Source: a virus (lineage: Duplodnaviria > Caudoviricetes). From it: a DNA stretch of 64,000 nt. Below, piece after piece: positions 7,682 to 17,566 of the stretch. The notes beneath the pieces were generated by a model that was not told the origin of the DNA, made no database searches, and worked only from the letters and a program-made list of their open reading frames with translations. The stretch is from IMG/VR virus record IMGVR_UViG_2904541872_000002, positions 1,693 through 65,692 of that record. One strand, given 5' to 3'. The stretch's first letter is position 1; each line of letters starts with the position of its first letter. The translations under genes and the position numbers were made by a program.

Positions 7682-10600
7682 TTAGTGCGCATCCGCCCGA
7701 GCGCGAGCAAGTTCTTCTTGCATCCGCGCGCGCATCGCACGCGGCGCCGTGTCAGCGATGCGCTGGTCCTTCGACCTTTGCATGTTGCGCACCCGCTCCA
7801 GTACGCTCGGGATGCGGATCACCATGGGTTGGTCGGGATTCTTCGCGTTCCAATCCGCGATCGCCTCGCGCGCGGCGCGCACCTTCGCATCGTCCTTCTC
7901 GAAGATGCCAGCCGCCCACTGCGCTCGGATCTCCTGGCCGCGCAGGTTGTAGAAGGCCTTCGCCTGCTGATTGAGGGCGTTCGCCTCCTGGATGGTGGCC
8001 ACGCTCTGCGGCTGGAAGCCGATCGCCTTCAGCGCCGCCTCGAGGTGGTTGGTCTCCAGCACCTTGTAGCCCTTCGCGTCGCGATACATGCCGGTTGCGG
8101 CCATGTCCACGCCCTTCGCCGCGTTGCGCACGGCTGTGGGCGCGACCTCCAGTGCGCCGGCGCCGACGTTGCCCTTCGCCACGTTCAGCGCGCCGGAGAA
8201 GATGCGGCTCGCGAAGTCGCCGGCCGGGCCCGCGATCTCGAGCACGTCGCGCGTGTGGCTGGTCTTCTGCTGCAGCAGCCCGGTGCCCGGGATCAGGTTG
8301 CCCATGCCCAAGCGGCCGGACACGTCCAGCGGCGCGCCCGGCAGGCCGCTCACGCCCTTGTCAAGGAAGTCGGCGATGCCCTTCGGCAGCATCGCTTCGA
8401 GCACCTCCTGGCGCGCCTTCTTCGCCGAGAAGTTGTAGCCCAGCAGCTGCGCGAGCGCGTCGGCCACATCCTCGGCGTCCTCGGCGAATGGCAGGCCACC
8501 CGAGCCGCCCATCAGCATCAGCATGCCCAGCGCCAGCAGCGCGGCGCGCTTGCCCTCGGGCCCACCCTGCGTGTACATGCGGTGCAGCAGCTCGAGGTAG
8601 GCGATGGAGTAGGTCTTGAACGTCATGAGCGTGCCGCCCACGGCGCCGCGGCCCCATTGCATCTTCGAGGCCTTCGAGTAGACGAATTGGGTTTCCTTCA
8701 CCGCGCGGTTGGCGAATGCAGCGGGATCGGCCTCGCCGCGATCGCGCGCCACGCGGTAGGCGGCGATGAATGTGATCCGGCGATTCACCTGCTCGGCTGC
8801 GCCAAAGACCTTGCCCCATGCGAGCGACAGCCGCGCCAGCGCATTCTGGCCGGCGGCCCGGGCCTCGCCCAGCCGCGTGCCGTCGCCAGCGCGCAGCGAA
8901 CCCGAGCCGCGGGCCTGCGCCATGAGCTGGTGCACCTCCTGCGGCGCGACGACGCCCTCGTCCTCGGCGGTCTTGAGCGCCTTGGCCAAGTCCGGCTCGA
9001 ACTCGAAGCCCTTCGTGGCCATGTTCTTCGCCGCAGTGCCCAGCGCCGCGGCCGCCTTGCGCGCGCCGCCAAACTGGCTGAGCCAGGGGAACGTCACAGC
9101 GGCCGGCTGCGTCATGTTCACGAACGCAGAAGCGATCGAGCCGCCGAGGTACTGCGCGAACAGCAGGCCGCGCACCGCCTGCGCTTCCTCCTGCGGGTTC
9201 TTCACGTACTCGGCCAGGCGCACGGCAACGTCTTTCAGCTCGCCCTGCTCCTTCGGGATCGCGTTCACGGCCTCGCCCAGGTCGCCCATGTTCAGGCCGG
9301 CGGCAGTCTGCCGCGCATTGCTGTAGATGAAGCTGGCCAGCACGCGGCCCACGTCCTCGCTGAAGCCCGCGATGCCCTTGCGATGGATCAGGCGGCGCAT
9401 AGCGCTGCGATTGGTCTTCGTGAGCTTCAGGTACTCCTGGAAGGCCTGGTCCTGCGCGCGATCGCCGGTCGAGCTGAGGCCCAGCGCATTGCCGAACAGC
9501 TCGAGCGTCTCGGGCGTGACGCCGGCGAACATCTTGAAGGCCTCCTCGGACAGCGTGCCCTGGCTGACTGCGCCCTCGCCGAACTCGCCGCGCATGCGCG
9601 CGGCCATGGTGTTGGCCTCGCGCGCGGTCTCGAACAGGCCGAAGTACTGCCGCTCGCCCTTGGCATCGACGACGTCGACCGAGTAGCGGCCGAAGCGCGA
9701 CAACGGCGCGTAGCCGCGGGCCTGCAGATCGCGCACCTTGTCGGCCCGGTCCATGATGCCGTTGGCGGTGTTCATCAGCAGCGTGGAGCGGTCGGGCTGG
9801 TCGGCCGCGAGCTGCGCGAGGTGATCGCGGATCAGCACCGCCGCCGCCTGCGCGTCCGGCGCGTCCATCACCATCGTGCGCAGGCCCTTGGCGTCGTCGC
9901 CTGCAAAGCGCAGCATGTCGGCGCGCGCCATGGTGTCGAGGGAGCGGTTCGTCGCTTCCCGGAACTCCCGGTACAGCGCGACCTGGTCGTCGGTCAGCTG
10001 GAACATGCTGCGCAGCTCCGCATCGCTCCAGACCACGCCCGGCTGCAGCATGCGCGACTCGTAGCGCGACGCCACGGCCTTCTCGTACGACTCGAGCGGC
10101 ATTCCCTGCCAAGCCTTGAGCATGCGCTCGTCGAGCATGCCGTTGCGCAGCAGGCGCTGGGCCTTCTGCTCGGATGTGAGTCCGGCCGCGGCATCGATCA
10201 GGGACTGCACCTGCACCGGCTTGCCCTGCTCGTCCCGCGCCCAGGTCAACGTGCCCTCGAAAACCGGCTTGGCCACCGCTGCGTTGTCGGCGGCGGAGAT
10301 AGGCGACTTCTTGATGTCGCGCCAAGTCTCCAGCTTCGGCAGCAGCTTGGGCGCCAGTTCGGCCGCGTCGGTGGCGTAGTGGCTCACATCGTCGACGAAG
10401 CCCTGCGCAGCATCGAAGACGGGCTTGAACGCCGGCGAACGCTCGGCCAGGTTGTACATCGTGCCGATGGTCTTGTGCCACCAGCTGAGCCGGCCCGGCG
10501 CCGAGAACGACTTGTTGAGTTCGGCGGCCGCGGTGCGCGCGTACTCGCCCACGGTCGAGCGGCTGAACATGATGTCGGGGTTCGACTCGTCGAAGGTGCC

Positions 10601-13600
10601 GGCATTGCCGCTGGCGCTCTTAATCTGCCCCGGCTGGAACACGATGAACTCGCGCCCGCCGCCCTGGTGGCTGACGATGATCCCGTCGTAGCCTCGGCTG
10701 ATGAGTTCTTGCCGGACGTAGTCGTCGTCCATCTCGGCGCCAGGCTGCTCCATGACCTGGTTGACGACCTCGAGCGGCGCGGGATTCTTGAGGGAAAGAT
10801 AGACGTCCATCACGCGACCGCCCTCGCCTTCCGCGTAGGCCGCGGCGGCCTGCTTCTGGTCCGTGAAGTAGAAGCCATTGCCCCAATCGGCGTTGCCGTC
10901 GCCCTCACCGAGGAACTCGTCGTTGAAGGCCGTGAACTCCGCCGTGGTGCCGTGGAACACCTGCAGCGGCGCGCCCTGGGCGTCCACCACCTTGCTTTCG
11001 CCGAACCACGCGCGGAAGGCGGGCGTCGAAGTCTGTTCGGTGCCCGTGGGCTCGCCCTCCGCCGGGTTGACGCTGTAGATGCGATCCAGGACACTACGGA
11101 TTGCTCCGGCATCCGCTCTGGACTGCACCCCAGCTCCGGCTGCACCTGCACCAGCCTCGAAGGCGGACTGCTGGAGCTTCTCTCTCAGGACCACCTCGTG
11201 GACGTACATGCGCTTGGCATTCGAGTCCGCCTTCACCAGCACCACCTCCACCATGTCGCGATCGCTGATGCGCACCGGCGCGGCGACGTGGTAGACCATG
11301 CCCGCGTCGCGCGCGCCCTCCATCGCTTCGGCGTGGATGATCTTGCCGTTCTTGAGCACGTCCGGCACCGCAGCGAAGGCCGTTGCCTTGTCCCGGCCAA
11401 TGCCGTGGAACAGGCTGCTCTTCACGGACTGGCGGTCGAGCGACACGAGGCCGATGCCGGGCACCTCCACCTGCGCGTTGCCCGTGGTCGCGTAGTGCTC
11501 CGTCACCTTCTCGGTGATGGGCACGCCGTCCGGCGCGAACTCCTTCCCGGTCATCTGCGCCACTGGAGCGCCTTCCAGGAACGCGCGGCTCTCGGCGTCG
11601 GGGTCGGTCCCTTCGGCCCGGCTGAACGCGAGGCCGGCGCGCGGCGCCGCGGCGCCGGCGCTGCGCTCCACGAATGCGCGCGCCGGCAGGATGAAGTTCC
11701 GGATGATCTCGTCGTCGGTGAGGCGCAGGCCACGGAAGCCGGCCACGTTCTCGCGCAACCAGGTGCGGATGGCGGCCACCGCGCGCCGCACGAAGTGCAG
11801 CTCGGGCGTGTTCTGCGCCATTTCGGCCAGCACCTCTTCGGCGGCCGCGCGGCGGTCCAGCTTGTTCACGCCGCGTAGGCCGTACTCGCGCACCTTCGCG
11901 TCGACCTCCGTGCGGCGCATCGTCGCGATCTGGTTGAGCACGCCGTCCAGCTGCTTGCCGAAGGTGCCCCGCAGGCCGTGGTGGCCCAGCACCTCGTGGT
12001 AGAGCACGCGCGCCGCGTCCTCGGCGGTGCCCAGGCGCGAAGCCATCAGGTAGGCCTTGCCGCGGTAGTAGAAGCCCTCCGGCGCGCCGCGCGCGCCACC
12101 GCTGCGCTGGCGCAGATCCGCGCGGCGCGCGGCCTCCGGCACGGCCGCATCGTTCATGTCGAAGGCCACCACGATGTCCGGCGCGTTGCCCCAGGCGCTG
12201 CGGATCGCATCGACCGTCTTCCGCACGGTGGCCACGGCCTGCGCCCGTGCCTGCGGCGAGTAGGTCGGGCGGCTGAGCGCACGCATGGCGTTCGCTGCCT
12301 CGGGCGACATGCCCGCCAAACCGTCGTCCCCGCGGCGGAACAGCGCGGTGTTGCCGTTCTCGCCGGCGCGCGTCTCGATCGTCGTAGCGAGTTGGTCGAA
12401 TGCCTGGTTGATTCGAGCCCGCTCGAGGCCGGCCGGGTACTGCACGCCGGACTCGACGCCGTGCACCAGGTAGTCGGAGCGGGCACCCATCGCCTTGATG
12501 CGATCGAACACCCACGACTCGAAGGCGCGCGCGAACATCTCGGTCGGTCGGGTCCAGTAGCTCTCCTTCCCCTCCTTGATGCCCAGCGACGACTCGTAGT
12601 AGCTGCTCTCCTTGCGCCCCTGGCGCACTGCGTCGGGCGGCAGGCCCAGCGCCTTGGCCAGGTTCTGGCGGGCCGAATCGACGCCGGTGCTGTAGATCCG
12701 CTTCAGGTCTTCGTCGGCGGTACCGGCCAGTCGCGCCTGCGCGCGCTCCAGCGTGAGCTCGGCGTCGCGCACCAGCGCCGCACGGTCGACCTGCTCCCGG
12801 TAGATGGTGCTCATGACCCGGTCGAACGCGCTGGCCAGCTCGGGCCGCAGGTTCTCGAGCCGACCACGACGGCCGGTTCGCTGAGGATCGCCGTCGTAGC
12901 TGCCTTGCGTGTACCAGCCGCTGGCGCCGCGGGCACGCCCCTGATAGGCATCTGCCTGCTCGAGCTCTCCGAAGTAGTGGTCGAGCGCGTGAGCCCACTC
13001 GTGCGCGAGACTGCCGCCGCCGCGGATCTTGGTCATGTTGATGACCAGGCGCCCGGGCTCGTAGTGCGCGGCGAACCGACCGCCGCCGCGCGCCCCGAAG
13101 GCCAGGCCCATGGTGCCGTTCAGGCTCATCGCCGATGGCGGCACGCCCATGACCTGCGCAAGATCGCTCAGGCCGTCGTAGGCCATGTTGATGATGCGCT
13201 GACGCTCGTCCTGAGCGCTCCAGTTGCCGAACTCGATGCCGCGGAAGCCGAAGTCGCGGATGAAGTCGTCCGGCGTCGCGTCTCGGTCCAGGCGCTGCGG
13301 CAGGCCCGCGCGCTGCAGGACGTCGAGATGCGGGCGCTCCGGCTCTTGCCCACGGGTCGTGCTGGCCAGCTCGGCCTCGTAGAGGCGCCGCGCCGCCGCC
13401 TCGGCGTCCTCTCGCGTCATCGCGTAGGCAAGCACTCGGCCACCGATCTGTCGACGGACCTCGAAGTAGGAGCCCGCGATCTGCTCGGCCGTCAGTGGCG
13501 TGCCCATCTCCGCCGACTGCTCGAGCGTCAGCTCGCGGCCGCGCGGCGTGAGCGATTTGCCACTCGCTTCCCTGACGCCGAAGCGCCTGGCCCACGGCTC

Positions 13601-16600
13601 GCCTTTGGCAGGGAAGCCGTCGGCCACCATCTTGCGAACGCGCATCAAGTCCGAGTGGTCGAGCACGAACGGGTCGCTGCGTCCCTTGTACACGGAGAAC
13701 AGCGTGGCGCGGGCCTCGCGCTGATGCGCGCCGAGATCCTCGATGCCCGCTGCATTGCGCCGCGCGAGGTCGCTACGGCCCTCGGTCCATCGCAGATGGT
13801 CGTACAGCAGGCGCTCCTTCGCGCCGGCAATGTTTTCCGGGGTGAGCTCGCTGTACACCGCGCGCACCGCCTGCATCATGCGCACGTAGCGGCGGCGGCC
13901 CGCTGGCGTGTTGTCCTTCGGCTGCGCGGCGAGGCGGTCGTAGATCACTTTCGCCGATGCCGCGGTCACGGGGTTCATGCCGCCGCTGACCAACGCCGTC
14001 CAGTCGGGCTTCCAGATGTTCGCCTTCGTGGCCAGCTCGGCGCCTTCGGCCTCGCTCATCTCGTTGAGGTCGGACACGTTGAGGCCGCGCTCCTTCCAAC
14101 GATCCTTTCGGGCGCCGCCGATCTTCTCGCCGGCATCCTGGATGCTCTCGGCAGGCGCAGCCGCTGGCGTGCGCGGCGGACGCTTTTTCTCGGGCTCCTT
14201 CGCTTCAACGGGTCGGCCCGACGGCAAAGCCGTCGGCTCGGGCGTGGGCGTGGGCGTGGGCGTGGGCGTGGGCTCGGGCTCGGGCTCGGGCGTGGGCGTG
14301 GGCGTGGGCGTGGGCGTGGGCGTGGGCGTGGGCGTGGACGTGGGCGTGGGCGTGGGCGTGGGCGTGGGCGTGGGCGCCGAAGCATCGTCCAACGTCGAGC
14401 TGGGGAACTCACGGGCGGCCTCGAGCAGTAGGTCGATCGGCGCATCCAGGCGGATCGTGCGCACGTCTTCGCCCCGCTCGCGTGCGGCGAGCCATTGGTG
14501 GTGGCCGTCGAGCACATGGCCGTCGCTGGACACCAGAATCGCGCGATCGCCGCCCGTGAACTCGCCAGCCCATTGGACGCGATCCGGACTGAACTCCGCC
14601 TGGGTCGGCTTGAGGCTGGCGGCCGGTACCGTCTCATCCGTGTGCGCAATGCCGCGTGCGCTCATGAAGTTGACCATTGCGCCACGGTGCTCCGCGCGGA
14701 TCTGCGGCATTTCCGACCGCGGCACACCCTTCGTCCCGGAGTCCGCCGCGAAGGTCGACCACTCGCCATCCGCCGCGCGGCCCAGCTGCTTCGCTGCCGG
14801 CAGCGGCTCACGCGCTTGAGGATGCGCTGCCGGCGCGGCCGGCGCCGCGCTCGTGGCGCTCCGCTCCTTCACCACGTAGCGCCGGTTCTCGGGCACCACC
14901 TCGTGCGTGTCGGCCAGGCCGTTCTCGCTGACGAAGGCATCGGCCTTGGCCTGGGACAGGAACCACGCCTTGCCCTCTTCCACTCGGCGCTGCGCCTTCT
15001 CGCGGCGCGCCGAGGGCACGGCCGGTGCCGGTGCCGGTGCCGGTGCCGGTGCCGGTGCCGGTGCCGGTGCGGGTGCTGCTGGCGCGGGCGGCGCCGCGCG
15101 GCGCGCGCGCGCCCGGGCAATGCCGTCTCGCACGCTGGTCGGCGCCGCCGCTGCGTCGACAGCTGCTGCCGGCGCAGCTGGCGCCGCTATGGCTTTCGCT
15201 GGCTCGGCTCGTCCTTGCTCGGCCGGAGCTGCTGCAGCAGCCGGTTGCGCGCCTTGGGCGACATCTGCCGCAGGCGCAACAGCGCCGCGAGCACCTTCTT
15301 CCGGGCCCGTGGCTCCGCGGGCAGCTTGAATGGCATCTGCAATCTCCTGGTCGTTCGCGCCAAGGGCGCGGAGGAATTGTTCATCGGTGACGTTGCGGTC
15401 GCCGAAGTCGGGCACGTCGTCCTCGAGCGCGGCGGCCATGTGCCCTTCGGTCTCACGGTCGAGCGCGTGGAAGTAGTCGTCGTAGAGCGTACGGTCGCGC
15501 TCGTCGAGGTCGGAGTAGTCGAGCACGGGCGGCGCCGCGCGGTTGGCAGCCGTGGCCTCCTCCTGCTCGGCCATCGCGGCAGCGTCGGCTTGGCGCTGGG
15601 CGTCCTGCAGCAGCTGGCCGTGCGCACCGGAATCCACGGCGATCGCGGCGCCGGTGGAGAGCGGGCCGGCAGCCGGGTCGATGCCCATGGCCTGAGACGG
15701 CAGCGGTGCTGCGCGCACAGCTGGCGCGCCAGCTGGTGCCTCGGTGGACGGCGGCGATGGTTGCGGCGCCAGGCCCATCAGGCGCGTCCGCGCCGCGGCG
15801 CGCTGTTCTTCCGGCAGGCGCGCGAGATAGGCGTCGACCTCTGCCTGCCGGCCGACGGTTCCATCGGGGAACGCGACGAGCGTGTCGGGCTGGTAACCGA
15901 GCTGCAGCGGCTCGGCGGCAGGGGCCGCGGCGGACTCGCCGCGCGCGCCCGCGCCGTGCACCAGCGCCGCGCCGCCGCCCATCGCACCGCCGGCCAGCAG
16001 GCCCTGCGCGGCGGCCGCACCGACGCCCTCGCCTACGGGCTTGTCGAGCGCGAGGTTCTGCAGCGCCTGCTCGGCCATCGACTGCGGGACCTCCTCGAGC
16101 ACGCCCTCGGAGAGCACGCCCTCGCCCACCTGGCGCGCCAGCGAGCGCTGCGAGGCATGGCCAGCGCCGCGGATCGAGCCCTGCGCCAGCATGGTGTCGG
16201 CGTCGCCGATGCCGAGGCGCTGCGCGACGCGGCCGCCGGCGGCACCGAACGCGGTGGTGGTCACGCCGCTCGCGGCGGCCAGCGCCGCCTGCTGTGGGGT
16301 CAGCAGCCCGTCCGTGGTCTCCTGGCGGATCTGCTCGGCCTGCGAGCCAGCGCCCAGCACGCCCTCGCCGATCGCACCGGCGATGGCCGGCGCAATCTTC
16401 GCGCCCGTGGCCAGCACGCCCCGCGCCACGCCGGCGCCGCCGAGCATCTGCGGGATCGACTCGCCCACGCTGGTCGCGATCGTGCTCGGGTTCTCCAGCA
16501 TCGCCTGGGCCGTGCCCACGAAGCCGTCGGCCTCGGCCACCTTGCGGTTGGCGGCCTTCTGCGCATCGGAGTACTGGTCCGCGAGGATGTCCTGGGTGTC

Positions 16601-16855
16601 CTTGAAGCGCACGCCAGCGTCCTCGACGGCCTTGCCGGCTCGGCCGCCGGTGAACAGGTCGGCTACACCGACCACGCTCTGCGGCAAGCCCACTGCGCCC
16701 TTCAGCGCGGTGATGCCAACGTCCTTGGCAACGTCGAGCGCGGTGCGTTTCGGCGCCGCGGGCTCGACCTCTTTCGCACCAGCTTTCCACCAGCCGTCAC
16801 CGGCTGGTGCCGACTCCTCGGGCTTGGCGCCCTGCTGCCACCAGTTCTGTTCCAT
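7682..16855 (-). CDS. Giant polyvalent internal virion/ejection protein (ParB-like, LPD5-, LPD1-, LPD3-like, two zincin motifs, ART-PolyVal-like, PLxRFG domain)
   Basis: 3057 aa; LKPTQ...DGHHQW; IQDAGEKIGGARKD; HEWAH; YWTRPTEMFARAFESWV; HEVLGH; FHGT/GFYFT/REFIV; YAPLSRFGRY. Confidence 0.9.
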   Translation of the reverse strand: MEQNWWQQGAKPEESAPAGDGWWKAGAKEVEPAAPKRTALDVAKDVGITALKGAVGLPQSVVGVADLFTGGRAGKAVEDAGVRFKDTQDILADQYSDAQKAANRKVAEADGFVGTAQAMLENPSTIATSVGESIPQMLGGAGVARGVLATGAKIAPAIAGAIGEGVLGAGSQAEQIRQETTDGLLTPQQAALAAASGVTTTAFGAAGGRVAQRLGIGDADTMLAQGSIRGAGHASQRSLARQVGEGVLSEGVLEEVPQSMAEQALQNLALDKPVGEGVGAAAAQGLLAGGAMGGGAALVHGAGARGESAAAPAAEPLQLGYQPDTLVAFPDGTVGRQAEVDAYLARLPEEQRAAARTRLMGLAPQPSPPSTEAPAGAPAVRAAPLPSQAMGIDPAAGPLSTGAAIAVDSGAHGQLLQDAQRQADAAAMAEQEEATAANRAAPPVLDYSDLDERDRTLYDDYFHALDRETEGHMAAALEDDVPDFGDRNVTDEQFLRALGANDQEIADAIQAARGATGPEEGARGAVAPAADVAQGAQPAAAAAPAEQGRAEPAKAIAAPAAPAAAVDAAAAPTSVRDGIARARARRAAPPAPAAPAPAPAPAPAPAPAPAPAVPSARREKAQRRVEEGKAWFLSQAKADAFVSENGLADTHEVVPENRRYVVKERSATSAAPAAPAAHPQAREPLPAAKQLGRAADGEWSTFAADSGTKGVPRSEMPQIRAEHRGAMVNFMSARGIAHTDETVPAASLKPTQAEFSPDRVQWAGEFTGGDRAILVSSDGHVLDGHHQWLAARERGEDVRTIRLDAPIDLLLEAAREFPSSTLDDASAPTPTPTPTPTPTSTPTPTPTPTPTPTPTPEPEPEPTPTPTPTPTPEPTALPSGRPVEAKEPEKKRPPRTPAAAPAESIQDAGEKIGGARKDRWKERGLNVSDLNEMSEAEGAELATKANIWKPDWTALVSGGMNPVTAASAKVIYDRLAAQPKDNTPAGRRRYVRMMQAVRAVYSELTPENIAGAKERLLYDHLRWTEGRSDLARRNAAGIEDLGAHQREARATLFSVYKGRSDPFVLDHSDLMRVRKMVADGFPAKGEPWARRFGVREASGKSLTPRGRELTLEQSAEMGTPLTAEQIAGSYFEVRRQIGGRVLAYAMTREDAEAAARRLYEAELASTTRGQEPERPHLDVLQRAGLPQRLDRDATPDDFIRDFGFRGIEFGNWSAQDERQRIINMAYDGLSDLAQVMGVPPSAMSLNGTMGLAFGARGGGRFAAHYEPGRLVINMTKIRGGGSLAHEWAHALDHYFGELEQADAYQGRARGASGWYTQGSYDGDPQRTGRRGRLENLRPELASAFDRVMSTIYREQVDRAALVRDAELTLERAQARLAGTADEDLKRIYSTGVDSARQNLAKALGLPPDAVRQGRKESSYYESSLGIKEGKESYWTRPTEMFARAFESWVFDRIKAMGARSDYLVHGVESGVQYPAGLERARINQAFDQLATTIETRAGENGNTALFRRGDDGLAGMSPEAANAMRALSRPTYSPQARAQAVATVRKTVDAIRSAWGNAPDIVVAFDMNDAAVPEAARRADLRQRSGGARGAPEGFYYRGKAYLMASRLGTAEDAARVLYHEVLGHHGLRGTFGKQLDGVLNQIATMRRTEVDAKVREYGLRGVNKLDRRAAAEEVLAEMAQNTPELHFVRRAVAAIRTWLRENVAGFRGLRLTDDEIIRNFILPARAFVERSAGAAAPRAGLAFSRAEGTDPDAESRAFLEGAPVAQMTGKEFAPDGVPITEKVTEHYATTGNAQVEVPGIGLVSLDRQSVKSSLFHGIGRDKATAFAAVPDVLKNGKIIHAEAMEGARDAGMVYHVAAPVRISDRDMVEVVLVKADSNAKRMYVHEVVLREKLQQSAFEAGAGAAGAGVQSRADAGAIRSVLDRIYSVNPAEGEPTGTEQTSTPAFRAWFGESKVVDAQGAPLQVFHGTTAEFTAFNDEFLGEGDGNADWGNGFYFTDQKQAAAAYAEGEGGRVMDVYLSLKNPAPLEVVNQVMEQPGAEMDDDYVRQELISRGYDGIIVSHQGGGREFIVFQPGQIKSASGNAGTFDESNPDIMFSRSTVGEYARTAAAELNKSFSAPGRLSWWHKTIGTMYNLAERSPAFKPVFDAAQGFVDDVSHYATDAAELAPKLLPKLETWRDIKKSPISAADNAAVAKPVFEGTLTWARDEQGKPVQVQSLIDAAAGLTSEQKAQRLLRNGMLDERMLKAWQGMPLESYEKAVASRYESRMLQPGVVWSDAELRSMFQLTDDQVALYREFREATNRSLDTMARADMLRFAGDDAKGLRTMVMDAPDAQAAAVLIRDHLAQLAADQPDRSTLLMNTANGIMDRADKVRDLQARGYAPLSRFGRYSVDVVDAKGERQYFGLFETAREANTMAARMRGEFGEGAVSQGTLSEEAFKMFAGVTPETLELFGNALGLSSTGDRAQDQAFQEYLKLTKTNRSAMRRLIHRKGIAGFSEDVGRVLASFIYSNARQTAAGLNMGDLGEAVNAIPKEQGELKDVAVRLAEYVKNPQEEAQAVRGLLFAQYLGGSIASAFVNMTQPAAVTFPWLSQFGGARKAAAALGTAAKNMATKGFEFEPDLAKALKTAEDEGVVAPQEVHQLMAQARGSGSLRAGDGTRLGEARAAGQNALARLSLAWGKVFGAAEQVNRRITFIAAYRVARDRGEADPAAFANRAVKETQFVYSKASKMQWGRGAVGGTLMTFKTYSIAYLELLHRMYTQGGPEGKRAALLALGMLMLMGGSGGLPFAEDAEDVADALAQLLGYNFSAKKARQEVLEAMLPKGIADFLDKGVSGLPGAPLDVSGRLGMGNLIPGTGLLQQKTSHTRDVLEIAGPAGDFASRIFSGALNVAKGNVGAGALEVAPTAVRNAAKGVDMAATGMYRDAKGYKVLETNHLEAALKAIGFQPQSVATIQEANALNQQAKAFYNLRGQEIRAQWAAGIFEKDDAKVRAAREAIADWNAKNPDQPMVIRIPSVLERVRNMQRSKDQRIADTAPRAMRARMQEELARARADAH
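14235..14376. repeat. Hexamer microsatellite (GGGCGT)n with GGGCTC variants, encoding a (PT)n/(PE)n linker
   Basis: About 23 tandem 6-bp units, in frame in the giant protein. Confidence 0.95.
15021..15070. repeat. Hexamer microsatellite (GCCGGT)8 encoding an (AP)n linker
   Basis: Eight perfect 6-bp units. Confidence 0.95.
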
Positions 16856-16861
16856 CCCCCC

Positions 16862-16902
16862 ATCCTCTGCACGAGGGAGGGGGGAGTCGAACCCTAGAGG
16901 GG
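16862..16902 (-). promoter_or_regulatory. Late promoter element copy 2 (giant protein), predicted leaderless
   Basis: CCCCTCTAGGG-TTCGAC-N18-GAGGAT, ATG 7 nt after. Confidence 0.75.
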
Positions 16903-16962
16903 TCCGCCCCTCGCGGGGTAGAGTCCGGTCACGACAACAGGACCCCGCAAGGGGCGGACGAA

Positions 16963-17193
16963 ATGGACGATCAAAAGGCAGCGGACGAGATCGCCGGAAC
17001 GGTGCTCGCCATGAGCTCAGCCATACGGGCGCTCATCAAGACTCACCCGGCTCCGGAGGCGTTGGCTGCTGCATTGCATTTCGAGTATCAGGAAAGCCTC
17101 GCGCTGGTAACTGCGGCTCCGATTCGCGAGCACGTTCTGCAGACGTTTCACACTGTATGGGCATCGGTTGGTCCGAAAGACCCAGATGGCTGA
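16963..17193 (+). CDS. Small hypothetical protein (76 aa), divergent cargo gene
   Basis: MDDQKAADEIAGTVLAMSSAIRALIKTHP..., helical, lower GC. Confidence 0.65.
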   Translation: MDDQKAADEIAGTVLAMSSAIRALIKTHPAPEALAAALHFEYQESLALVTAAPIREHVLQTFHTVWASVGPKDPDG

Positions 17194-17566
17194 CAAGCTG
17201 GGCAACAGCGTCAGCTTTGGACGTCAATCTGAACGCCGCGGCGCCGCTTGAACCTGGCACTGGGCGCTTCGGGTCGTCTCGGTTGACCGGCTCGGGCTCA
17301 GGCGGCTCCCGGCGCCCTCCGAAGCCAGCAGCACGAGAAATTGCGTTGGCCGCGCTGCTGTGCGACGGCACCGCGTTGATTGCCGCCATGCCCGCGGACC
17401 ACATCGCATTGAGCGATTGCGCGGCCGACAGCGCGGCTCGCGCCTTCGTCTCGACCAACCCGAAGTCGATCTCGGAACGGGCTGCCTGAACGCCAGCATG
17501 CGCTATGGAGAACCTGCGGTTCCGGCCGACACGCATCCTCATCAGGTGCCAGGAGGCGTGATGCAT
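17036..17566 (-). CDS. Hypothetical protein with segment resembling the C-terminus of 21157..22200
   Basis: ATG 17566 with AGGAGG RBS and TGATG coupling; KARAALSAAQ...AGMAAIN versus KVRATMASAQ...AGLNAIN; 3' part overlaps a plus-strand gene. Confidence 0.45.
   Translation of the reverse strand: MHHASWHLMRMRVGRNRRFSIAHAGVQAARSEIDFGLVETKARAALSAAQSLNAMWSAGMAAINAVPSHSSAANAISRAAGFGGRREPPEPEPVNRDDPKRPVPGSSGAAAFRLTSKADAVAQLVSHLGLSDQPMPIQCETSAERARESEPQLPARGFPDTRNAMQQPTPPEPGES

Noticed and set aside
14235-15070. Tandem repeats as a possible CRISPR array
   Set aside because: 6-bp units without spacers, in frame inside a gene; no cas genes
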